This document shows positions 9,639 through 17,631 of a stretch of 64,000 nucleotides of DNA, in pieces. Source of the DNA: Candidatus Aenigmatarchaeota archaeon (GTDB lineage: Archaea > Aenigmatarchaeota > Aenigmatarchaeia > QMZP01 > QMZT01); contig JAPLVC010000001.1 of assembly GCA_026397315.1 (NCBI GenBank), positions 64,001-128,000 of the forward strand. The letters run 5' to 3'. The position numbers were made by a program, and so were the translations under genes. A model generated the notes under the pieces. That model was given only the letters and a program-made list of their open reading frames with translations, searched no databases and had not been told where the DNA came from. Position 1 is the stretch's first letter, and each line of letters starts with the position of its first letter.

Positions 9639-10118
9639 ATGAAGAACGTTGGTGACTACGGAGAAAAGATGGTTAGGGATATCCTAAGAAGAAAGGGATT
9701 TAACGCTAAAATCAAGGGAAAACGAACTCACGGTTATGATTTAGCCGTCAAAAAAAATGATAAGAAGACAGAAGTACAGGTTAAAACTATTCAAAAAGGG
9801 AAATTATTTCAGTTGACAGTAACGAATTTTCTTAAAATCGACATCATCGACGGAAAACAGAAGGTAAAAGGAAAAAATGATATCGGCTTGGATATTCCAT
9901 GGGTATTCGTGAAAAAAATTAAAAATGGTAATGAGTTTTTCATTCTTAGCAAATCGAACGTGCAGGATATCGTCTTGAGGAGCTATAGAGCAATGCTGAT
10001 AAAAAATAAGGGTTTTAGACCTCAAAATCATTACTCCTTTCATTGTACAATCGATGCAGACAAATTGACAAAATGGAAGAATAATTGGAAGCTTATAAAA
10101 AATAGCCTCCACCCGTAA
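9639..10118 (+). CDS. Small PD-(D/E)xK nuclease
   Basis: GDYGEKMVRDILRRKGF...GYDL...EVQVKT (E..D..QxK) motif set. Confidence 0.8.
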   Translation: MKNVGDYGEKMVRDILRRKGFNAKIKGKRTHGYDLAVKKNDKKTEVQVKTIQKGKLFQLTVTNFLKIDIIDGKQKVKGKNDIGLDIPWVFVKKIKNGNEFFILSKSNVQDIVLRSYRAMLIKNKGFRPQNHYSFHCTIDADKLTKWKNNWKLIKNSLHP

Positions 10119-10180
10119 CGAGTAGTTCAAAACAGCAAGTATCTATGTATTAAAATAGAAAAATTATACATGATGATAGA

Positions 10181-11278
10181 ATGAAAACAGTAAAGTTAAT
10201 ACACACATCAGATTTACACCTTGGGAAAACATTCAGTGAGCTAGGGGATGAGTCAAAGCTCCATAGAAATGATTGTCAAAACGTGTTTTCAAACATTATT
10301 GACTTGTGCATAAAAGAAAAGGTAAATGCACTGCTTATTGCTGGTGACCTGTTTGATAGTCCAGAACCTAATAAATCGCTAGTAAAATTTGTTATCGGAG
10401 AATTCGAAAGACTAAAAAACGAGAAAATTAGCGTTTTTATCTCATCCGGTAACCATGATCCATACAAAAAGGGGAGCGTCTGGCTTGAGCATAGATTTCC
10501 ATCGAATGTAATAGTTTTCAGTTCTGTCGATATGGAAGCCAAGGAGCTTGATGGAATAACAATATACGGGTTAGCTTATACAAACGATGCAAAAGAGCCG
10601 ATGAAGAACTTTGAGGCTGAAGATTCCGATAACTTCAAGGTTGGTTTGGTTCATGGCTCTACGACGGATATCAATTGGAATGAAGAGCCTGAAGCCGGAT
10701 ATAGGAGAATAACAAAAACTGACGTGGACAACTGCAAACTAGACTATGTCGCACTCGGTCATTTTCATGACATTATAGAAATCAAAAGCAAAACGAGGTG
10801 TTTCTATTCAGGCTCACCAGAGCCATTATCATTCAAAAACAAAGGAGATTCTTGTGTTCTATTGGTTACCCATGTAGATGGTAAAACTGTCGTTAAACCC
10901 ATAAAAACTAACATCAAGACATTCGAAACTTTGGAGATAGACTGCACAAATATGGAGTCAGACTCTGACATAAGAAAAATTCTTGAGAAAAATTCTGGTG
11001 AAAACAAGATTTTAAGACTAGTAATAACGGGCAGTCCATCTCTTGACTTGAATCTGGATAAAGAATTTCTTAAAAAGGAATTTGAGTCCAAGTACTTTTG
11101 CCTAAAAGTTGTTGATAATGTTCATTTACCTGAGAATCTAACCGAAGATGAGACAATCAGAGGACACTTCATCAGATTGGTTAAATCGGAAATAGATAAA
11201 GAGAAAGACTCTGAAAAGAAAAAAAGGCTTGAAAATGCTCTCAGACTGGGCGTAGGCTATCTGGATAAAAAACTGTGA
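10181..11278 (+). CDS. Mre11/SbcD-like (YhaO-type) metallophosphoesterase nuclease
   Basis: DLHLG, AGDLFD, GNHD, HG and ALGHFH motifs, followed by YSGSPE. Confidence 0.93.
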   Translation: MKTVKLIHTSDLHLGKTFSELGDESKLHRNDCQNVFSNIIDLCIKEKVNALLIAGDLFDSPEPNKSLVKFVIGEFERLKNEKISVFISSGNHDPYKKGSVWLEHRFPSNVIVFSSVDMEAKELDGITIYGLAYTNDAKEPMKNFEAEDSDNFKVGLVHGSTTDINWNEEPEAGYRRITKTDVDNCKLDYVALGHFHDIIEIKSKTRCFYSGSPEPLSFKNKGDSCVLLVTHVDGKTVVKPIKTNIKTFETLEIDCTNMESDSDIRKILEKNSGENKILRLVITGSPSLDLNLDKEFLKKEFESKYFCLKVVDNVHLPENLTEDETIRGHFIRLVKSEIDKEKDSEKKKRLENALRLGVGYLDKKL

Positions 11279-11282
11279 ATGT

Positions 11283-13004
11283 ATGGTTCAACTACTAAGG
11301 CTCGATGTTGAAGGATTTGGGAAGTTCGATAGACACAAAACCATCAATTTTGAAAACGGCATAAATTTTATTACAGGACTAAACGAGACTGGCAAGAGCA
11401 CCATTCTTGAAGCAATTATGGCATCTATTTTCAAATACACCAGAGGTCAAATCGAACAGTTTCTATGCTGGAAAAATAATGATGTGTGCCGAACTGCCCT
11501 TACGTACAAGACAGAAAAAGGCGAAACATTCAAGATAACTTCGGACTACAAGTCTGGGAGAAGAAGACTTGACAAAATAAAGAAAGGCAATTCTGAAGAA
11601 ATAGCGACTCTGGACAAAACAATCGAGCCTTTCATAAAGAAACACTTCGGTTTTGATGACAAGAAAGTATTCGAGAATACCGCCTTCATAAGACAGTCTC
11701 AAATGGCTATCTTAGATGATAATTCTGTTAGAAATAAGATTAAGGACATGATTGAAGAGGTATTTGCCGGCAGAGCTGAGGCATCGGCAACAAAGGCGCT
11801 CGCAAAAATAAGAAAGATAGCAAAAGATGCGACAAAGGAAACAGAGGTTCTTGAAGCGGAACAACACGAGCTAAAGAAAAATCTCAGGTCGGCGGAGGAT
11901 AAAAGAGAATCTGTTTCTAGAGACAGCGGAGAGTTTGAGAAGGTAGACAAACAACTCAATGAGAAGAGCAAGGAACTTGAAAAACAACAGAAAAACAAGA
12001 AACTCTTCGATGAAAAAGAAAAACTACTGAAGGAAAAGGAACATCTGGACGAACAGATGACAAAGGTCGATGAGTTGTTAGAAACGCTTTCTGAGGGAAA
12101 AGAACCCCAGAGAGAACAACCTTCCAACAAGAAAACAACCAGTGTCATTTTAATGGTCATAGGTGGTTTGCTCTCGATTACTGTAATAGGAGCAATAATA
12201 GGCATTCCGTTGATAATCTGGGGAATTATGAAATTAAGAAAGAAAGAAGTAGCGATTAAACCGATAAAAAGTGACGACGAAAAAATATCCAAATACAGAA
12301 AGGAAAAGAAGGAAATCCTCAACAAAAAAGCGGTCATTGAAACGAGACTAGAAGAGTATAGTCTAGTAAATTTTAATATAAATGATTTCGACGAACTTGA
12401 GACTCTTAAAAAAGATGTGGACTCGCTGAAGGAGAAAAAAACAGAACTAAAGACTAGCATCAAAACCACGACCTCTCTTGTAGAGAGTCCTGAAGATGTA
12501 AGAGAAATACTAGATGCGAATAAAGAAAAGCGACTCGGTTTTATTATGAAAATCGAGGAGCACGAACTAGCAGCAAAATTCTTGGAGATGGCTGAATCAG
12601 AAGTACATCACAAATTAACTCCAGCCATTGAGAAAAATTCCAAACCCATTTTAAAGAAAATAACGAACGAGAGGTACTCCGATTTAAGGGTGGAGGAGGA
12701 TACCCTCGATATCAAAATCAAGGCTCCCGAAATTAAAGATTATGTTGACGTGTTCTTTCTTAGTCAAGGCGCAAGAGACCAGTTATATTTCGTGTTAAGA
12801 GTAGTAATGTCAGATTTGCTTGGAGGAGAAGCAAACATACCTCTCATACTTGACGACCCTTTCCATAACTTTGACGACCCGAGACTAAGGAATACAATCG
12901 ACACTCTAAAACAAATCGCTAAAAACAAACAAATAATTTTGATTTCCCATAGACCTTATCATCATGAATTCAAAACTGTTTGCGATAATGTTGTTGAGTT
13001 ATGA
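11283..13004 (+). CDS. Rad50/SbcC-like (YhaN-type) ABC ATPase with short coiled coils and a central transmembrane hairpin
   Basis: Walker A GLNETGKST, Q-loop FIRQ, signature LSQG, Walker B LILDDPF and H-loop ISH; hydrophobic VILMVIGGLLSITVIGAIIGIPLIIWGIM at the coil apex; no CxxC hook. Confidence 0.9.
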   Translation: MVQLLRLDVEGFGKFDRHKTINFENGINFITGLNETGKSTILEAIMASIFKYTRGQIEQFLCWKNNDVCRTALTYKTEKGETFKITSDYKSGRRRLDKIKKGNSEEIATLDKTIEPFIKKHFGFDDKKVFENTAFIRQSQMAILDDNSVRNKIKDMIEEVFAGRAEASATKALAKIRKIAKDATKETEVLEAEQHELKKNLRSAEDKRESVSRDSGEFEKVDKQLNEKSKELEKQQKNKKLFDEKEKLLKEKEHLDEQMTKVDELLETLSEGKEPQREQPSNKKTTSVILMVIGGLLSITVIGAIIGIPLIIWGIMKLRKKEVAIKPIKSDDEKISKYRKEKKEILNKKAVIETRLEEYSLVNFNINDFDELETLKKDVDSLKEKKTELKTSIKTTTSLVESPEDVREILDANKEKRLGFIMKIEEHELAAKFLEMAESEVHHKLTPAIEKNSKPILKKITNERYSDLRVEEDTLDIKIKAPEIKDYVDVFFLSQGARDQLYFVLRVVMSDLLGGEANIPLILDDPFHNFDDPRLRNTIDTLKQIAKNKQIILISHRPYHHEFKTVCDNVVEL

Positions 13005-14386
13005 AAAAATTTGATTTGAACATCGAGAAGGTACTTGAAGATTGGGAAGTTTTTCACGCGTTGAGGGAAGTTATAGCCAATGCGATTGACGAACAACTGC
13101 TGACAAAAACGAAGGAAATTCAAATTTTGAAGGATAAACATAATAAATGGCACATACGAGATTTTGGAAGAGGGCTAAAATACGAGCATCTAACACAGAA
13201 TGAATGTGAGGAGAAGTTAAAACATCCAGAGTTAGTTATCGGAAAGTTTGGCGTTGGCTTAAAGGACGCTCTGGCTACGTTCGAGAGGAGAAAAATCAAA
13301 GTCATAATAAAATCGAGACATGACGACATAACTCTTGGAATGTCTTCAAAGCACGGATTTGAAGATATGTTGACCTTACATGCGTTTATCTCGGAGCCCT
13401 CGGACAAAAATTTAATAGGAACGGAGTTTATTTTTGAGGGAGTAAAGGACAAAGACATAGAACTAGCAAAGGAGTTCTTTTTAAAATTCTCTGAGGAAAC
13501 CTTATTGGAAGATACGCCGCTTGGACAAGTCCTTAGAAAAGGTAAATCCAAAGCCAAAATATTCATTAATGGTTTAAGAGTTGCTGAAGAAGAAAATTTC
13601 CTATTTTCTTATAACATAACTTCCCTGACCAAAGCCATGAGAAAGGCACTAAACAGGGAAAGAACCCATGTTGGTAGAACAGCATATACGGATAGAATAA
13701 AGTCTATCCTTCTAGAGTGTAAGAAAAAAGAGGTTGCTGAATTATTGGTCGACGATTTGGACAACTTTGAAACGGGAAATTTGCACGACGAATTAGCTTG
13801 GGTTGATGTTTCTGCTCATGCCTGTAAACTGTTAAACGCTGCAGAGAAGGTAGTGTTTTTAACCTCATCTGAATTGATTCGAGCCAAGGATATGGTAGAT
13901 AGGGCTAAGAATGATGGCTTTGACATTGTAATGGTTCCCGAAAACGTAAAACAGAAGATAAGGGGAATTAAAGACCTTGAGGGGAATGTGATAAGAGACC
14001 TGGAAGAATACAGAGCAGAGTGGAATGAAAGTTTTGAATTCAAATTTGTCAAAGAAAAAGAGTTAACAAAACAGGAAAGAGAAGTGTTTTCTAAAACAGA
14101 TTTGATACTAAAGCTAATTGGCGGGAGACCAAAAAACGTAAAAGATATATTAATTTCCGAGACAATGAGACTAGAAACTATGGGTTATAGCGAAGCAGTT
14201 GGATTATGGGAAGCGGATAACCAACGAATAATTATTAAAAGGGAACAGCTTAGAAACTTAAGACCGTACGCAGGAACGCTTTTACATGAAGTAGCGCATG
14301 CAATAAGTGGCGCGTCTGATATTTCCAGAGAATTTGAAAATGAACTAACTAAAGTTATAGGCATTGTTTCATCAGAAAAACTATGA
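13001..14386 (+). CDS. GHKL (HATPase) ATPase fused to a C-terminal HEXXH zincin-like domain
   Basis: Bergerat motifs ALREVIANAID, IRDFGRG, GKFGVGLK and GT; C-terminal TLLHEVAH...FENEL; ATGA overlap with the Rad50-like gene. Confidence 0.85.
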   Translation: MKKFDLNIEKVLEDWEVFHALREVIANAIDEQLLTKTKEIQILKDKHNKWHIRDFGRGLKYEHLTQNECEEKLKHPELVIGKFGVGLKDALATFERRKIKVIIKSRHDDITLGMSSKHGFEDMLTLHAFISEPSDKNLIGTEFIFEGVKDKDIELAKEFFLKFSEETLLEDTPLGQVLRKGKSKAKIFINGLRVAEEENFLFSYNITSLTKAMRKALNRERTHVGRTAYTDRIKSILLECKKKEVAELLVDDLDNFETGNLHDELAWVDVSAHACKLLNAAEKVVFLTSSELIRAKDMVDRAKNDGFDIVMVPENVKQKIRGIKDLEGNVIRDLEEYRAEWNESFEFKFVKEKELTKQEREVFSKTDLILKLIGGRPKNVKDILISETMRLETMGYSEAVGLWEADNQRIIIKREQLRNLRPYAGTLLHEVAHAISGASDISREFENELTKVIGIVSSEKL

Positions 14387-14478
14387 CATCAAACTTTGAT
14401 TATTTATTTTCGGAATATATCTTTACCTAATAAGCCTGCTAAACGACCTTTTCATTAAGGAGAAAAACACAAAAAGAA

Positions 14479-14817
14479 CTACTTTTTGCCAATAATTATG
14501 TTCAATCTATACTGCTTATCTATTTTCGGGTCAACCTTGAAATCCCACATTATTGCGGAATCCTTGCCTGCTTTGAACGATTCTACGATGTTATCAGCAA
14601 TTTCCTTATTGACTAAATCCTTACTTTTTGCCGTGAAGTTCAGCAAAATCCCCGTTGCATTTCTTTTGATTTTTGTTAGCTCTTTCATAGCCGCTTGTTC
14701 AATATCATCACTTTCGATTATCACCTGTGAGATGGAATTTGCTGACGATAATAAAGTCATTAAGTCTGCCTTATCGAACCTCTTTCCTAAAATCTCATCT
14801 TTTATTATCCTATCCAT
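14479..14817 (-). CDS. Stand-alone FtsZ/tubulin C-terminal-domain protein (no GTPase domain)
   Basis: Collinear by eye with the host FtsZ C-terminal half in this window: RFDKADL~NLDFADV, ESD~ESD, ATGILLN~ATGALIN, IVES~IVEA, DSAIMW~DAKIIW, YRLNIIIG~IRSMLIITG. Confidence 0.75.
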   Translation of the reverse strand: MDRIIKDEILGKRFDKADLMTLLSSANSISQVIIESDDIEQAAMKELTKIKRNATGILLNFTAKSKDLVNKEIADNIVESFKAGKDSAIMWDFKVDPKIDKQYRLNIIIGKK

Positions 14818-14948
14818 ATTTACCGCCCCCTTAATTATTTAGTAAAGCGAAATATATTGCATACTTTTTGATACCTATTTTAGCTAAAGGGGTAAGCAAA
14901 ACGACCCTTTTATTAGGGAGAAAATAGGCTTTTTGCTAAATCTCAGTT

Positions 14949-15464
14949 TTATTTTATCCTATCAGTATGTTCATGTACAATTTTCCTTCGCTTCGTATTT
15001 ATCTTCTCTTTATTCTTATGGTAATAATCAAGATGATATTTTCGATACCATTCTTTGTACCTTTCCTTATATTTTTTGTCCCGAGCCTTTACATAAGGTC
15101 TTTTTGCGTATTCCTTTCTGTATTGCTTTATTTTCTCCGTGTTCTCAGGTTTCGAAACGTACTCTTTGAAGCGGACTTTTTGGCGTTCTTTGTGTTCTTT
15201 ATTGTATTTTTGATGATACTTCTGGTACCATTCATTCTTTTCTTGTTTCCGCTTCTTGTCGGCTTTCCTAAATTTAGGACTTCGGACATATTTTTTGTTA
15301 TATTTCTTCCTTTTCTCCTTGTTTTCAGTATTTGAAAGATAAGCCTTCAGATATGCTTTCTTCTTTTCTTTGTTTTTCTGATAGTATTGTTTCATATGAG
15401 TAAGTAATCTTTCTTTGTTTCGCAGATAATATTGACGATTGTATTCAGTTAAATCTTTAGGCAT
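14949..15464 (-). CDS. Highly basic K/Y/R-rich helical repeat protein
   Basis: Imperfect repeats such as KQYYQKNKEK, KEYVSKPENTEK and KEWYRKYH; no catalytic motif. Confidence 0.7.
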   Translation of the reverse strand: MPKDLTEYNRQYYLRNKERLLTHMKQYYQKNKEKKKAYLKAYLSNTENKEKRKKYNKKYVRSPKFRKADKKRKQEKNEWYQKYHQKYNKEHKERQKVRFKEYVSKPENTEKIKQYRKEYAKRPYVKARDKKYKERYKEWYRKYHLDYYHKNKEKINTKRRKIVHEHTDRIK

Positions 15465-15470
15465 ATTTTC

Positions 15471-16106
15471 TCAACCCATCTTTCTCCCAACAGGAACTCC
15501 TAACAAATGTAAAGCCCTTGCTGTCAGCGAATCTGTATAAATGACATAAATCCTTCTATCTTTTCTGATTGGAAATTTCTTTTTGAACACTTTTTGGAGT
15601 TTCCTTCCCAACCTATTCAGTTCGAAAGAGTCTGCACTCCATATTTTTGCCATGTTCAGTTTATTGTGTATATGTCCGTGGTCATGGGTATAGTTAACAA
15701 TGAAGTCCAAATCTTCGGATTTCCTCAACGGAAGCCACCTACACGATTTCAACATTTTGTAAACAGTGGGAGACATCGTCTCGTTTGCATAATAGCCAAC
15801 AGAGGATGGGCTTAATTTCATGTCTTTAGCGATTTGAATTATTCTTCCTCCCCTTTGCCTTGCTTTCATAATTTCAGGATATTTAATTACCCTTTCTCTT
15901 GTCATTAGTGAGTACGTTTCGAGTAAATCCTCAACCGAAACAGCTATGTTATCACCATTTTCCATAGTTTTGAGGCTTTTTGGGATTCTTTTAGGCTTAT
16001 TGAATCTACTTTCCCAGAAACATTGTCTTGAACAATATCGGGAACTTTTTCTATATACAATAATATGTTTTCCACAAGTTGAACATTTAATGATGCGACG
16101 TGGCAT
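15471..16106 (-). CDS. Zn-finger + HTH + degenerate LAGLIDADG-like DNA-binding protein
   Basis: CSTCGK...YCSRQC; IIQIAKDMKLSPSSVGYY HTH; C-terminal FIVNYTHDHGHI...ARALHLLGVPVGRK resembling archaeal LAGLIDADG domains. Confidence 0.6.
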   Translation of the reverse strand: MPRRIIKCSTCGKHIIVYRKSSRYCSRQCFWESRFNKPKRIPKSLKTMENGDNIAVSVEDLLETYSLMTRERVIKYPEIMKARQRGGRIIQIAKDMKLSPSSVGYYANETMSPTVYKMLKSCRWLPLRKSEDLDFIVNYTHDHGHIHNKLNMAKIWSADSFELNRLGRKLQKVFKKKFPIRKDRRIYVIYTDSLTARALHLLGVPVGRKMG

Positions 16107-16175
16107 ATTTGAGAATTTGAACTTGGATATAAATGGCTATGTTTAAACGAATGTTTAAACTTTTTGTTCCGATAG

Positions 16176-16420
16176 GATTGCAATCACATTATTGCTATGG
16201 GATTGCGTAGATTGCAATTGGAACATTATTGCAATCGGATTGGTGCAACATTGCATATCAGCAGATTGCACCTTCGGAAAAATATTTGTAGTAGGTATCT
16301 ATCTTTATAGAGTAGCATATTGAGGGATTGCAGTACATTGCTATTGGGGATTGCAATTGCACCATTATTATTGGAGGATTGTTGTTATAGCAATAATGTA
16401 TTGCAATGGTGGCGCAATAA
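16176..16420. repeat. Two-cluster array of ATTGC / ATTGCAAT motifs
   Basis: ATTGC at 16177, 16191, 16202, 16211, 16228, 16250 and 16265, then 16327, 16337, 16350, 16356 and 16400; five are the palindrome ATTGCAAT; a motif-free spacer lies at ~16271-16325. Confidence 0.85.
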
Positions 16421-16428
16421 TAATCTTA

Positions 16429-17199
16429 TTATTTTGTGTTGTATCCTATGCCCTCTATATCATTTCTGCCAACAGAATTAGTGATTTCAGAACATTGAGT
16501 AGAATGGATTTCTGCACCATCCAGGTCTTCTTCTGAGGGAATATCGAGGGTATTTATATTCTGAGATAATACTTCAAAGCTATCTTTGTTTACCACGCTT
16601 TCTTTACCGCTTGAATATTTGAGTCTAACAAAAAATCCTTTGAGGTCTACGCTACCAGTATTGAACAATCCCAAAGATAAAATCCCATCGGAAAAGGATG
16701 CTCTCTGTATCAGTATCGCAGCTTTTCCGCAAAACAAATTTTTCTCCTTCTGTGGTTCATAATAAATGTCAAAAAGGGAACCATAACAATACTTTGAATA
16801 AGGCGTCAAATCGCCAACAAGAGGTATATGACCTTCCCAATTAGACATCGGTACATGACAAGACATTTCATCTCCTACATGAAAATTTATTTCTGGCGTT
16901 GGGTTTTTCATGTCTGATACGACATATCTTACAATGCAGGTATCACCACTTTTGGTGAGGTCAATTTTAAATTTCACATACTTTTCAGAATTTCCAACTG
17001 TCGAATAAACAATTGAATCGGTACATGAAGTCATGTAGACTTGGCTTGTTTTTGCACACTCTTGGTCATCAGGAGAACAATCATAAGTTGCTTTGACAGG
17101 ACTAATGACACCGACATTACTCCCAGTCGTACAACCAGAAATTAAAACAACGCCAAATAACAAAACCGCTAGACTGCAATGAATTAATTTAGCCTTCAT
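16429..17199 (-). CDS. Secreted lipoprotein
   Basis: Signal peptide ending in the lipobox ISGC; Cys-containing domain plus C-terminal beta-sandwich (LGLFNTGSVDL). Confidence 0.75.
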   Translation of the reverse strand: MKAKLIHCSLAVLLFGVVLISGCTTGSNVGVISPVKATYDCSPDDQECAKTSQVYMTSCTDSIVYSTVGNSEKYVKFKIDLTKSGDTCIVRYVVSDMKNPTPEINFHVGDEMSCHVPMSNWEGHIPLVGDLTPYSKYCYGSLFDIYYEPQKEKNLFCGKAAILIQRASFSDGILSLGLFNTGSVDLKGFFVRLKYSSGKESVVNKDSFEVLSQNINTLDIPSEEDLDGAEIHSTQCSEITNSVGRNDIEGIGYNTK

Positions 17200-17292
17200 A
17201 TACTAATATAGTATCGAAGACTAATAAATCTACTACCTTTCTACGCTCTTTTAATAACTATGCAGTTATTCCGTTCAAACTAAAAATATTTT

Positions 17293-17562
17293 ATGGTTAA
17301 TATTGATTGGGAACTATATAGCTGGCTCGTAAGAGGCAGTCAAAGAAAAGCAATAATTGAGGCTTTAGAAAAACCTAAGATTCCCAGCCAGATAAGGAAC
17401 GACACAAAGTTATCAATTGCTAACGTATCAAAAATACTCAAGTTGTTTGTTGATAATGGAATTGCAGAATGTCTTAATCCGAATACGAAAATGGGCAAGC
17501 TCTACAAATTGACTCCGAAAGGTCAAGCTTTAAGAGAGGAACTGATAAGAAAAGAAGCCTGA
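17293..17562 (+). CDS. wHTH transcriptional regulator (ArsR/MarR-like)
   Basis: RGSQRKAIIEAL..PSQI...ANVSKILKLFVDNGIAECL...YKLTPKG. Confidence 0.85.
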   Translation: MVNIDWELYSWLVRGSQRKAIIEALEKPKIPSQIRNDTKLSIANVSKILKLFVDNGIAECLNPNTKMGKLYKLTPKGQALREELIRKEA

Positions 17563-17631
17563 ACGAGTTTGTCGAAGAAGGCATAGCGAAATATCCATTC
17601 TATATAAAAAAACAATAGATAAACAGATATT

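Noticed and set aside
9511-9642. 43-aa ORF overlapping the nuclease start
   Set aside because: The ATGA overlap is suggestive, but there is no motif or clear SD, so it is not supportable as a gene.
10181-13004. Housekeeping archaeal mre11-rad50
   Set aside because: No herA/nurA, no Zn hook, short coils with a TM hairpin, and located inside the AT-rich island.
16176-16420. CRISPR array
   Set aside because: Repeats are only 5-10 bp with irregular short spacing; no 25-40 bp repeat/spacer periodicity and no cas genes.
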